64,000 nucleotides of DNA, taken from the NCBI GenBank assembly GCA_049840735.1, contig JASGJN010000022.1, positions 416,001 to 480,000 on the forward strand, written 5' to 3'. Every line of letters starts with the position of its first letter. The first letter of the stretch is position 1. Position numbers and translations under genes: made by a program. Shown one piece after another: positions 1-9,551 of this stretch. The notes below the pieces were generated by a model. That model was given only the letters and a program-made list of their open reading frames with translations. It did no database searches and was not told the origin of the DNA. This stretch comes from Anaeromyxobacter sp. GTDB taxonomy: Bacteria > Myxococcota > Myxococcia > Myxococcales > Anaeromyxobacteraceae.

Positions 1-3000
1 CCAGCACCTGCGCCGGCCGCTCCAGGGTCCACAGCCGCAGCCGGTAGGCGGCGCCGGCGGGGTGGAGCAGCGCCGTGCAGGTGCGCGTCTCCAGCTGCGC
101 GTCCACCACCGCGCCGGCGGCGTCCTCGAGGGCGCAGGAGAACGGCGACGGGGAGGCCAGCGCCACCTCCACCACCTGGGCGGGCGCGCCGCGGGTGCCG
201 GCGGGGAGCGCCGCGGTCAGCACCTGGTCCGCCAGCGCGTAGGTCTTCCCGTCCTCCAGGGCGCCCACGTCCTGCAGCGCCGGGGCGGAGAGCGAGAGGC
301 GCGTGGTGCCGGAGAGCTGGGTCTCGCTCTCCAGCGCCAGCCTGTAGTCGCCGGCCGGGAGCGGCTGCGCCAGCGCGCAGTTCCAGTCGTCGCCCAGCTC
401 GCCCGACTCGGCGGCCAGCCGCCCCGCCGCGTCGAAGAGCCGGCAGCGCACGTCGGTGTCCCCGCGGGTCCGCAGCCGCAGCGTGCCGGCCTTCGGCAGG
501 CGCACGGTGACCTCGGAGGGCACGGGCAGCTCGCGGGCGGAGCCGGGGGTGAGGAGCTCGCTGGTCAGCTGGAGCGTGTAGGTGATGGCCACGTCGCCGC
601 GGCTGTGCTCGGTCACCAGCCGGTAGCGGCCGGCGGCGAGCGAGAGCACCGGACCGCTGGGCTCGCCGGGCGGCGCCGGCGGCGGGCGCCGGTAGGCCAC
701 CGGCTTCTCCTCCGGCGCGGGGTTTGGGGCGGCCTCCTCGCCCGGGTCCCCGGGGGCCGGCAGGTCCTCGATGAGGCCGTCGGCGGAGGCGTCGTCGTAC
801 GAAGGCGCGTCGTCCGAGGACTCGTCGCCGGGCGGCGCCTCGCTCCGCTCGTCCTGCGAGACGTCCTGGTCGCCGATCCCGTCCTGCGCCTCGCCCTCCC
901 CGTACCCCTCGTCGGGCTGCGCCGGGGCGCTCTCCTCCGGCGAGCCGCCGCCGGCGGCCGGGACCAGCTCGACGGGCCGGTCCTCGCCCTCGCGGTAGAG
1001 CCGCCCCTGCATGCCGTTGGTGAGCGTGACGCGGAGGTCGAGGTCGGCCACCAGCGTGAAGTCGAACGTGTCGTGGCCGCCGCCGGAGAGCTCGACCACG
1101 TAGGGCGTCCAGAGCGCCACCGGGTGCGGGGCCTCGCCGCGCAGCACCTCCGGCGGGCGCACCGGCGCGAGGCGCGTGTGGCGCATGCTCTCGACGGTGA
1201 GCGGCAGCTGCGTCCAGAGCAGCTCGCCGGCGGGGAGCGGCAGCTCCAGCTCGCAGCGGCCCGGCACGCGGAAGAGCGGCCAGCCTTCGGGGTCCTCGAG
1301 CCGGCACTGCAGCGTCGCGCCCGGGGCGGAGGTGGAGAGCGCGTGCGGGCCCGCGGCGGCCACGCTCAGCCGCTCGCGGACCAGCTCGCCGGCCGGGACG
1401 CGGAAGAAGGCCTCGCCGTCGTCGGCCACCGGGGCCAGCTCGCGCACGGGCCGGTGCTCGAGCACCACCCCGGCGCGCCCCCGGCTCCGGCCGGTGGCGC
1501 GGACCGTGAGCAGGTAGCTGCCGGGGTCGAGGTAGGCGGCCACCAGGCAGTTGCGGCCGCGGCCGCCGCCCTGGTCCTGGGCCAGCTGCACCACCGTGGC
1601 GGTGCGCAGGGTGCACGCGGTGGCCAAGAGCCCCTCGGTGCGGGCGTGGTAGAGCCCGGCGGGTCTCGACCTTGAAGGTGAAGGCGTGCGGCTCGTCCGG
1701 CGCCAGGTCCAGGAAGGCCGGCTGGCCCGGCGCGAGCGCGGGCAGCGCCACCGCCGCCGGGCGCAGCGCGGTGAGCGGCGGCAGCGGCCTCGGCGGCTGG
1801 GGCGGGCGGTCCAGGCGCAGCGCGCGCGCGCCGCCGGCGGGCGCGTTCAGGACGAGCTCGTCCGCGCCGCTGGCCTCGACCACGCAGGCGCCGTCGCGCA
1901 CCACGCCTGCGCCGCCGCGGGAGAGCGCGCAGGTGGGCGGGGCGCCGCGGGCGGCGCGGACGCGGATGGGGCCGGCGGTCACCGGGAGGCTCACCGTCTC
2001 GCCCGGCGCGAGCTCCAGGGGCAGCGGCTCGGCCAGCGTCAGCGGGAGGGGGCGGGCCACGAGGCCGCGCACCGGCGCGGCGCCGGTCCGGTTGGTGGAC
2101 AGGAGGTACGGCGCGTCGCCGGAGAGGCGGACGCGCATCAGGCAGCCGGTCACCGCGGCCGAGTCGGCCGACGGGGCCGGGTCGCCGTCGGCCACGATGC
2201 GCAGGCGGTCGATGCCGGACGGCCCGCCGGAGATGCGCAGCTCGTAGCGGCCCGGCTCGAGCCGCTGCTGCAGGTCGCAGCGCGGCTGCTCGCTGGTGCG
2301 CGAGAGGCGCTGGGTGCCCTCCGCCAGGCGGTACAGCTCGCAGCGCTCCTTGCGCGCCGGGTCGGTGGAGAGGCGGTAGCCGGCGGCGTCGGCCACCTCG
2401 AACCAGATCGACTGGTCGCCGGTGGTGTTGAAGGCGCGGTGGAGGGGCCGGCCGCGGCCGACCCGGGGCAGGTCCACCGCCAGCAGCTCGCGCGGTCGCA
2501 AGGGGGGATCGCGGAACAGGGCGCAGCCGAGCGGCGCGGCGTCGGCGTCGGGCGGGGTGTCGTGCAGGCCGACCAGGTAGTCGCCGGCCGGGAGCGGCTC
2601 GATGCCCAGGGCCGGGGCGCTGGGCCGGTACTCCCCGTCCACCAGGCGCGGGGCGGCGGAGCGCGGGGCCCAGTGGAGCTGGACGCGCGTGCCGGGCGCG
2701 CCGCGGACCGAGAGGAGCTGCGGCTCGCTCCCGCGGTCGCTGGACCAGGCCACGCACTCCGGCGAGACGGCGCGCGGCTCGACCTGGCAGGTGGCGCGCT
2801 CCTGGAACAGCGCCGGGCCGTGCACCGTCAGCGCCACCGGCGTGGCCGGGGCGGCGTCGAGCGAGAGGATGGCGGTGAGGCCGGCGCGCGCCGGGGCCCT
2901 CTCCGCCGCCGGCGGGACGGCCACCACCACCAGGCCCCAGGGCGGGAGCGTGAGCGCCATGCTCCGCTCGGCCGGCGGGAGGCCGAGCTGCACCGAGAGC

Positions 3001-3644
3001 TGATCCGAGGCGGGCCCCTGCGTCCACTCCAGCGGCGCCGTGCCGTAGACGGTCAGCAGGTGGTCGCCGGCGTCGAGCGTGGTCTCGAGCCACCACTCGT
3101 GGATGGGCTGGCCGGCGCGCGGCGTGGGGGCGAGATCGCGGGCCACCACGTCCTCGCGCCACTGGCCGGCGCGCCAGAGCTGCACCTGCCCGGCCGTCCG
3201 GCCGGAGGCGCGCACCGCCACGGCCTGGCGGCTGTCGAGGTGGATCCAGAACGAGGCCTGCTGGCCGGAGGGGAGCGGCTGCTCCACCGCCCGCCCGGGC
3301 TGGAGCTGCACCGGGCTGGCGTTCAGCTCCTGGAACGGCACCGCCTGGAGCGCGGCCGCACCCTTCCCCGCGACCGGCGAGGCCAGCCGGAGCTTGTAGG
3401 TGCCGGCGTCGAGCAGCAGGTCCACGCGGCAGTCGGCGACGCCCGCCTCACCGCTCTGCTGGAACGGGCCGCGGAGGTGGTCCACCACCGTGCAGGCGGT
3501 GCCGCCGCCGCCGCTGGCGGCGAGCCGCACCATGCCGGCGCGGTCCACGGTGAGGAGGGCCTCCTGCGCCCCGCGGGCGGGGACGGAGGCAGGCTGGACC
3601 GCGGTGCTGCCCAGGAGCAGCGGAAGGGCGACCAGGACGAACAT
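1..3644 (-). CDS. Large secreted protein with tandem Cys-pair, PPC-like beta-sandwich repeats; 3' end runs off the window; apparent +1 frameshift at ~1662
   Basis: Hand translation from ATG at 3644: MFVLVALPLLLGSTAVQPA (signal-like), then repeated modules such as CTVVD..DCRVDLLLDAGTYKLRL, CTLRT..NCLVAAYLDPGSYLLTV and CRLFDAAG..WNCALAQPLPAGDYRL. The high-GC3 frame switches at GGGTCTC (1661-1667). Not in the ORF track. Confidence 0.8.
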   Translation of the reverse strand, partial: MFVLVALPLLLGSTAVQPASVPARGAQEALLTVDRAGMVRLAASGGGGTACTVVDHLRGPFQQSGEAGVADCRVDLLLDAGTYKLRLASPVAGKGAAALQAVPFQELNASPVQLQPGRAVEQPLPSGQQASFWIHLDSRQAVAVRASGRTAGQVQLWRAGQWREDVVARDLAPTPRAGQPIHEWWLETTLDAGDHLLTVYGTAPLEWTQGPASDQLSVQLGLPPAERSMALTLPPWGLVVVAVPPAAERAPARAGLTAILSLDAAPATPVALTVHGPALFQERATCQVEPRAVSPECVAWSSDRGSEPQLLSVRGAPGTRVQLHWAPRSAAPRLVDGEYRPSAPALGIEPLPAGDYLVGLHDTPPDADAAPLGCALFRDPPLRPRELLAVDLPRVGRGRPLHRAFNTTGDQSIWFEVADAAGYRLSTDPARKERCELYRLAEGTQRLSRTSEQPRCDLQQRLEPGRYELRISGGPSGIDRLRIVADGDPAPSADSAAVTGCLMRVRLSGDAPYLLSTNRTGAAPVRGLVARPLPLTLAEPLPLELAPGETVSLPVTAGPIRVRAARGAPPTCALSRGGAGVVRDGACVVEASGADELVLNAPAGGARALRLDRPPQPPRPLPPLTALRPAAVALPALAPGQPAFLDLAPDEPHAFTFKVETRRALPRPHRGALGHRVHPAHRHGGAAGPGPGRRPRPQLPGGRLPRPRQLPAHGPRHRPEPGARRGGARAPARARAGPGGRRRRGLLPRPGRRAGPRAAERGRRGPARALHLRPGRDAAVPARGPRRLAALPRAGPLRAGAAAPRRRAALDAAAAHRREHAPHAPRAGAPAGGAARRGPAPGGALDALRGRALRRRPRHVRLHAGGRPRPPRHAHQRHAGAALPRGRGPARRAGPGRRRRLAGGERPGAARRGVRGGRGAGRDRRPGRLAGRAERGAARRRVLGRRAFVRRRLRRRPHRGPAGPRGPGRGGRPKPRAGGEAGGLPAPAAGAARRAQRSGALARRRPLPAGDRAQPRRRGHHLHAPADQRAPHPRLRPRAARALRGHRAPAEGRHAAAADPRGHRRALPALRRGGAAGRRVGRAGRRLELRAGAAAPGRRLQAGAGERDPALRHHAPLALRPGAAGRGRPGGREDLRAGGPGADRGAPRRHPRRARPGGGGGAGLPVAVLLRPRGRRRRGGGRAAGDAHLHGAAPPRRRRLPAAAVDPGAAGAGA

Positions 3645-3885
3645 GGAGCCTCGCGCGAGCGCGGGTGGAGTCTTTCGCCGGCAGATAGCAACCGGCGGGC
3701 CACCGCACGCCCCCCTCGTGTCGGCCACTTCGCGCGCGGTGGACAGGACGATACACGAGCGCCCGTGTCCCGCCAGCCGCAGGCTCGCCCGACGCGCCCG
3801 ACGCGCCCGACGCGCCCGGCTGATCCCGGTCACGCGTGGCGGCGAGCGGGGTGGACCGGGGTGCCGCGGGACCTGTGGCGGGGCG

Positions 3886-5442
3886 TCACTCGTAGTGCTT
3901 CAGCCGCGGCCAGAGCGCCGGCAGCGAGCCGGTGAGGCCGCGGCAGATCCAGATCACGTGGGCGTCCTCGAACGGCCGGATGTAGGGATCGTGCGGCAGC
4001 CGCAGCGCCTCGATGCGCTCCCGGTAGACGCCGCCGCAGTCCTCTCCCGCGTCGCTGACCACGATCACCGGATCGCCGCGGCCGGGCGGGAGGCCCCACA
4101 GCCAGTACTGGTTGTGGCCGGAGATGGCCGGGGGCAGGTCCTTCCCCAGCACGTCCACCGCGGCCGCGATGCCGTAGTTGGAGCCGTAGACCACCGCGGT
4201 GGCCCGCTGCTCCGGCGGCAGCGTCTCCACCACCCGCGCCACGCCGTCGGCCAGCGCCTGCCAGCCGTGCATGTCGGCGAAGACCTGGGGGAGCTCGCCT
4301 TGCACGTCGCGCTCCATGGGCGCGGGCTGGAGGTGCATCCGCTCCAGGTGCGCCACCAGCTGGTCCTCCGGGAGGATGGGGATGGCCGACGGCAGCGCCG
4401 GCGGCAGCATCAGCAGCAGCGCCGCCGTGAGCGCCCAGGCCGGCCAGGCGCGCCCGGTCCTGCGCCCCCAGGCCGCGCCGCCGGCCGCCAGCAGCACCGG
4501 CAGGATCGCGCCCGCGTAGTAGGGCTTGCCGTGCGAGGCCAGCAGCGCGCCCAGGTAGAGCGCCACGGCCACGCCCAGGAAGCGGGCCGGCCGGGCGGCG
4601 CGCGAGAGCAGCAGCCAGGCCAGGCCCGGTAGCCAGACCAGCACGTTGAGCGGCCCGGCCTCAAGCCAGAGCTCGAGCAGGAAGCCGGCCGTGCTCATGG
4701 GCGCGTTCTTCACCTCCTGCCCGCGCCGCACCAGCTCCAGGAAGGGGAAGCCGTTCGCGGCCTGCCAGGCCAGGTTGGGCAGCACCACCGCGAGGGCCAC
4801 CAGGGCGCCGGCCAGCGCCCACCGCGAGCGCAGCGCGCGCCGGGCCTGCGTCGCGAGCAGCCCGGCCAGCAGCGCCACCGCCACGATCCCGGCGGTGTAC
4901 TTGAAGAGCACCGCCAGCCCGGCCACGCCGCCCGCGGCCACCCACAGCCGCGGATCCTCCCCCTGGACCAGCCGCACCAGCAGCAGCGCCAGCGCGGTCA
5001 GCAGCGCCACCTCGAAGGCGTTCATGGTGAGCAGGTGCGAGACGCCCAGCAGCAGCGGCGCGGCGAAGGCCGTCGCCGAGGCCACCAGCGCGCCGCGCGG
5101 CCCGCCGCCCAGCCGCAGCGCCAGCCGCCCCACCAGCCAGGTGGTGGCGGCGGCGGCGAGCCAGGGCAGGAGCCGCAGCCCCGGGACCCAGCTGCCGAAG
5201 AGCGCGTGCGCCAGCCGCGCCACCAGCGCGATGCCCGGCGGCTGGTCCACGTAGCCCGCCTGCAGCCGCTCCCCGCAGGCGATGAAGTAGAGCTCGTCGC
5301 GGAAGATGCCGTAGCGCCCGCCGCAGGCGGCGTGGACGGCGAAGGTGAGCAGGGCGAAGAGCGGCGGCGCGAGGCGGGCCAGGCGCGGCGCGGGGTGGGC
5401 GGCGCCGGAAGGCGACGGCCGGGAGAGGGCAGGGGCGTTCAC
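3886..5442 (-). CDS. GT-C fold membrane glycosyltransferase (GT39/ArnT/PMT-like)
   Basis: FRDELYF..GYVDQPP N-terminal motif, many TM helices, KYT motif, soluble C-terminal domain with ISGHNQYWLWG. GTG start at 5442 preferred over the ORF-track start at 5460. Confidence 0.85.
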   Translation of the reverse strand: MNAPALSRPSPSGAAHPAPRLARLAPPLFALLTFAVHAACGGRYGIFRDELYFIACGERLQAGYVDQPPGIALVARLAHALFGSWVPGLRLLPWLAAAATTWLVGRLALRLGGGPRGALVASATAFAAPLLLGVSHLLTMNAFEVALLTALALLLVRLVQGEDPRLWVAAGGVAGLAVLFKYTAGIVAVALLAGLLATQARRALRSRWALAGALVALAVVLPNLAWQAANGFPFLELVRRGQEVKNAPMSTAGFLLELWLEAGPLNVLVWLPGLAWLLLSRAARPARFLGVAVALYLGALLASHGKPYYAGAILPVLLAAGGAAWGRRTGRAWPAWALTAALLLMLPPALPSAIPILPEDQLVAHLERMHLQPAPMERDVQGELPQVFADMHGWQALADGVARVVETLPPEQRATAVVYGSNYGIAAAVDVLGKDLPPAISGHNQYWLWGLPPGRGDPVIVVSDAGEDCGGVYRERIEALRLPHDPYIRPFEDAHVIWICRGLTGSLPALWPRLKHYE

Positions 5443-5526
5443 GGGGCGCCACCCTAGCAAGGCTTCGGGCGCCGGGCTTCAGGACTCAGGGGGCTGCGCG
5501 GGGGTGGCGCCGCTCGGGTTCACCAG

Positions 5527-5679
5527 CCGTTCGTGGTGAGCGCAGGGCCGGGCTCGTACCGGGTGAACCGCAAGGCCGGCCCGGAGTCGAACCACGAGAG
5601 CGGAGCGCGAGAGCACCAGCGAGGACCCTGTCCTTCGACTCCGCGCCCGCTGTGCGGGCGCTACGCTCAGGACGAACGG
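5527..5679. repeat. REP/REPIN-like palindromic element, copy A
   Basis: Ends CCGTTCGTGGTGAGCGCAG... and ...CTACGCTCAGGACGAACGG are inverted; internal hairpins; near-identical layout at 47374-47526. Confidence 0.85.
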
Positions 5680-5680
5680 T

Positions 5681-5920
5681 TCCTTCGGCGCCTGTCCATC
5701 CCGCTCCTGCGGCGCCTGTCCATCCCGCTCCTGCGGCGCCTGTCCATCCCGCTCCTGCGGCGCCTGTCCATCCCGCTCCTTCGGCGCCTGTCCATCCCGC
5801 TCCTGCGGCGCCTATTCATCCCGCTCCTGCGGCGCCTGTCCATCCCGCTCCTGCGGCGCTTGTCCATCCCGCTCCTTCGGCGCCTGTCCATCCCGCTCCT
5901 GCGGCGCCTGTCCATCCCGC
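5681..5920. repeat. Tandem repeat (VNTR), 10 x 24 bp, unit TCCTGCGGCGCCTGTCCATCCCGC
   Basis: Directly visible; few substitutions; no spacers. Confidence 0.97.
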
Positions 5921-5921
5921 C

Positions 5922-7127
5922 TCACTCCCTCCACGTCTCCAGCACCACGTCGTCGTAGAGGACCTGCCCCTCGTAGTAGTTCGCGTGCGGGTCCCCGAAC
6001 ATGAACCAGTCCGGCCAGGCACCGCCTGCGGGCCAGCGCTGGACGTCCGGCGCCGACGGGTAGCCGGACGTGTCCTCGCAGCCGCGGGCCTGGGCGGCCT
6101 CGGCGGCGTCCACCGGCCAGTGCCAGACGCAGCGGGCGGACGCGTCGATGGTGGCGCGGTAGGTGGTCTCGCCGCCGAACTCGAACCGGCCGGAGACCTC
6201 CATGGTGTAGGTGCCGCCATCCCGCTCCACGGTGACGCGGTACCACTCGCCGGGCAGGTAGCGGTCGGCGGCGCGGATGGTGCCGTCCGGCTGCCACTGG
6301 CCGGCGGCCCAGGAGTAGAACGCGTTGCCGACCTTCTCGTCGGCGGGCCGGGACCCGTCCAGCGCGATCATCATCACGGGGCGCTCGCCGGAGGAGCGGA
6401 AGCGCTGGCCGTCCCAGATCTCCATCCACGGCGGCGAGTGGTTGTCCGAGTCGATCACCAGCTTCCTGTGGTGGTGGATCCAGGTGTTGTTGTGCGGGCG
6501 CGGCTGCGCGTCCAGGATCGACACCCAGTAGAAGCCGTTCTGCGAGGGCGCCAGCGCGTCCGGCCACCAGGGGCCGGCCCGCTCGTCGCCGCTGTCGTAG
6601 CCGTTGAGCCCCGCCAGCCCGTCGCCGAACCGGGCGAAGCCGACGCGCAGCGAGAGCCGGTAGCGGGCCGGGAGCGGGGCGGTGGGGCGGACCACCAGCG
6701 CGTCGGTGTGCGCCGGCGAGGCCACCCGCAGCACCTGGTTGGCGGGATCGGCTGGGTCGTTCACCACCGCGGCCTGGTCGGCCAGCGACGCGCCCGAACG
6801 CCGGGTGTACGCCTCGGCGGTGAGCCAGCCGTCCGCGCCGAAGGGCACCGAGGCGCGGTAGGCGGCGGGCGGCGTGACCCCGCGCGCGGTGAAGTAGGCG
6901 CCGGCGTCGGCGAAGGGGCCGTCGTCGGGCACCGGATCCGGCGCGAAGGCGCCGGCCGGCAGCGCCGCGTCGAAGCGCTCCTCGGCCGTCACCACCCAGC
7001 CCGGACCCGCGGGTGGGACCGGGGTCTCGGGAGCGCCGGAGGGGGCGGGCGGGCCGGCGGGCGGTCCACCGGTGGAGCCGCAGGCGAGGAGGACGGCGGC
7101 CAGGGAGGCGCAGGCGAGGCGGTGCAT
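5922..7127 (-). CDS. Uncharacterised lipoprotein, probably beta-rich
   Basis: MHRLACASLAAVLLACG lipobox, Pro-rich linker, Trp/Gly/Asp-rich body with WIHHHRK; high-GC3 frame. Confidence 0.8.
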   Translation of the reverse strand: MHRLACASLAAVLLACGSTGGPPAGPPAPSGAPETPVPPAGPGWVVTAEERFDAALPAGAFAPDPVPDDGPFADAGAYFTARGVTPPAAYRASVPFGADGWLTAEAYTRRSGASLADQAAVVNDPADPANQVLRVASPAHTDALVVRPTAPLPARYRLSLRVGFARFGDGLAGLNGYDSGDERAGPWWPDALAPSQNGFYWVSILDAQPRPHNNTWIHHHRKLVIDSDNHSPPWMEIWDGQRFRSSGERPVMMIALDGSRPADEKVGNAFYSWAAGQWQPDGTIRAADRYLPGEWYRVTVERDGGTYTMEVSGRFEFGGETTYRATIDASARCVWHWPVDAAEAAQARGCEDTSGYPSAPDVQRWPAGGAWPDWFMFGDPHANYYEGQVLYDDVVLETWRE

Positions 7128-7166
7128 CCCACGGGAAGGAACGGCGGCCGTGATAGCTTCCCGCCC

Positions 7167-7952
7167 ATGCCGGTGGTGACCCTCCTCCTCGAGTACGACG
7201 GCACGCGCTACGTGGGCTGGCAGCTGCAGCCCAACGGCCCCTCGGTGCAGGCCGAGGTGGAGCGGGCGCTGGAGGCGCTGCACAAGTCGCCCCGCCGGGT
7301 GACCGCGGCCGGCCGGACGGACGCCGGGGTCCACGCCCGCGGCCAGGTGGTGACCTTCCCGGAGGAGCGCCCGCTCCCGCTCAAGGCCTACGTGAAGGGG
7401 ATGAACGCGCTCCTCCCGCCGGACATCGCCGTGCGCGCGGCGCGGCTCGAGCCGGACGGCTTCGACGCGCGGCGCAGCGCGCGCGGCAAGCGCTACCGCT
7501 ACGTGATCGAGAACGGCCCCACCCGCAGCGCCCTCACGCGCCTGCAGGCCTGGCAGCACTACCGGCCGCTGGACGTGGCCGCCATGCGCGAAGCCGCGGC
7601 CCACCTGCTGGGCCGGCACGACTTCGCCGCCTTCCAGGCCTCCGACTGCGCCGCCCATCACGCCGTGCGCGAGGTGCGCCGGCTGGACGTGCTGGGCGAG
7701 ACCGGCGGCCGGATCGAGGTGGTGATCGAGGCCACCGCCTTCGTGAAGCACATGGTGCGGAACATCGTGGGCACGCTGGCCGAGGTGGGGGTGGGCAAGC
7801 GGGCGCCCGCCTCGCTGCGCGACCTGCTGGCGCGCGGCGATCGGACCGAGGCGGGACCGACCGCACCGCCGCAGGGGCTCTTCATGGAGGAGGTCTTCTA
7901 CCCCGCGTCCGGCGGCGCGCCCGCCGCGGATGGCGACGACGACGAGGGCTGA
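7167..7952 (+). CDS. truA: tRNA pseudouridine(38-40) synthase
   Basis: LEYDGTRYVGWQ, AGRTDAGVHARGQV, FVKHMVRNIVG, TAPPQGL motifs; ATG at 7167. Confidence 0.97.
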   Translation: MPVVTLLLEYDGTRYVGWQLQPNGPSVQAEVERALEALHKSPRRVTAAGRTDAGVHARGQVVTFPEERPLPLKAYVKGMNALLPPDIAVRAARLEPDGFDARRSARGKRYRYVIENGPTRSALTRLQAWQHYRPLDVAAMREAAAHLLGRHDFAAFQASDCAAHHAVREVRRLDVLGETGGRIEVVIEATAFVKHMVRNIVGTLAEVGVGKRAPASLRDLLARGDRTEAGPTAPPQGLFMEEVFYPASGGAPAADGDDDEG

Positions 7953-7953
7953 C

Positions 7954-8127
7954 TCAGCGGGCGCCAGGCGGCGTCTCGCGCGGCCGCTTGCGCGCTGCGG
8001 CAATCCCGAAGCAGGCCAGCGCGAGCAGCAGCGGCACGTGGATGGGCAGCCCGACGCCCGGCAGCGCCCAGTAGCCCACCAGCCAGGACAGCAGCAGCAC
8101 GAACCCCAGCACCACGAACAGCGCCAT
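7954..8127 (-). CDS. Small two-TM membrane protein (57 aa)
   Basis: MALFVVLGFVLLLSWLVGYWALPGVGLPIHVPLLLALACFGIAAARKR...; coding-like codon bias. Confidence 0.55.
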   Translation of the reverse strand: MALFVVLGFVLLLSWLVGYWALPGVGLPIHVPLLLALACFGIAAARKRPRETPPGAR

Positions 8128-8272
8128 GCGCCAAAGATGCACACGCGCGGCCCGGCGGTGCCGGGCGCTCCGGGCGGCCCCGCCCCCGCGGGGGAAGGGT
8201 GCGGCGCTGGGCGCCTGACGGAGGGCGGGCCGGGGTGTTATCCTCCCACCCTTTCCTGTCCTGCGGAGACCC

Positions 8273-9358
8273 ATGAGCGCGAAGCTGAAGGTCGGAGTCC
8301 TGGGCGCGACCGGCATGGTCGGTCAGCGCTTCCTCGCCCTGCTCGAGAACCACCCCTGGTACGAGGTGACGCTGGTCGCGGCCAGCGCCAACTCGGCAGG
8401 CAAGCCCTACGCCGACGCGGTGAAGGGGCGCTGGGCGATGAAGACCCCGATCCCTGCCGCCGCGGCGAAGCTCACCGTCAAGGACGCCTCGGCGGTGGAG
8501 GCCATCGCCGGCCAGGTGGACTTCGTCTTCTGCGCCGTGGACATGCCCAAGGACGAGACCGCCCGGCTGGAGGAGGCCTACGCCCGGGCCGAGACGCCGG
8601 TGGTCTCCAACAACTCCGCCCACCGCGGCACGCCCGACGTGCCGATGATGATCCCGGAGGTGAACCCGGAGCACGCCGCGGTCATCGAGGCGCAGCGCCG
8701 CCGGCTGGGGTCGAGGCGCGGCTTCGTGGCGGTGAAGCCCAACTGCTCGCTGCAGAGCTACGTGCCGGCGCTGGCCCCGCTCTGGAAGTTCGGCCCGAAC
8801 AAGGTGGCGGTCACGACCTACCAGGCCATCTCCGGCGCCGGGAAGACCTTCGAGACCTGGCCGGAGATGGTCGACAACGTCATCCCCTTCATCAAGGGCG
8901 AGGAGGAGAAGAGCGAGCAGGAGCCGCTCAAGATCTGGGGCAAGCTGGCCGACGGCCGGATCGTCCCTGCGGCCTCGCCGCTCATCACCGCCCAGTGCAT
9001 CCGCGTGGCGGCGGCGGACGGCCACCTGGCCGCGGTCTTCGTGGGGTTCGAGAAGAAGCCCGCCCGCGAGGAGATCCTCGAGGCCTGGAAGACCTTCCAG
9101 GGCCGGCCGCAGCAGCTGAAGCTGCCCTCCGCCCCGGCGCCGTTCCTCCACTACTTCGAGGAGGACAACCGCCCGCAGACCCGGCTCGACCGCGACGCCG
9201 GCAACGGCATGGCCGTGACCATCGGCCGGCTCCGCCCGGATCACCTGCTCGACTGGCGCTTCGTGGCGCTCTCGCACAACACCGTCCGCGGCGCCGCCGG
9301 CGGCGCGGTGCTGACCGCCGAGCTGCTCACCGCGGAGAAGTGGATCCAGGCCAAGTAG
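8273..9358 (+). CDS. asd: Aspartate-semialdehyde dehydrogenase
   Basis: VGVLGATGMVGQRF, KPNCS catalytic Cys, YQAISGAG, HNTVRGAAGG. Confidence 0.97.
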   Translation: MSAKLKVGVLGATGMVGQRFLALLENHPWYEVTLVAASANSAGKPYADAVKGRWAMKTPIPAAAAKLTVKDASAVEAIAGQVDFVFCAVDMPKDETARLEEAYARAETPVVSNNSAHRGTPDVPMMIPEVNPEHAAVIEAQRRRLGSRRGFVAVKPNCSLQSYVPALAPLWKFGPNKVAVTTYQAISGAGKTFETWPEMVDNVIPFIKGEEEKSEQEPLKIWGKLADGRIVPAASPLITAQCIRVAAADGHLAAVFVGFEKKPAREEILEAWKTFQGRPQQLKLPSAPAPFLHYFEEDNRPQTRLDRDAGNGMAVTIGRLRPDHLLDWRFVALSHNTVRGAAGGAVLTAELLTAEKWIQAK

Positions 9359-9551
9359 CGCGCTCTTCCCGGTGGACGCGGACCGGCTGGCAGCGCGGGC
9401 CGCCTGGCTCTCCACCGCCCTGGCCGCGCTCCCGGTCACCGCGGCCTGGGCCCTGGCCGGCGCGCTGCTGGGGTAGGCGTGCGTGACGTCGTCGCCGCGT
9501 CGTTGCGCCCCGTTCGCAGAACCGTCACGAACCCGCGGCAAGGTCCCGGCC

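Noticed and set aside
3786..3818. Short 9-bp tandem repeat (CGCCCGACG x3.5)
   Set aside because: Real but short and GC-rich; likely simple slippage with no evidence of function.
5681..5920. Possible CRISPR array
   Set aside because: Units are contiguous with no unique spacers, and no cas genes are in the window.
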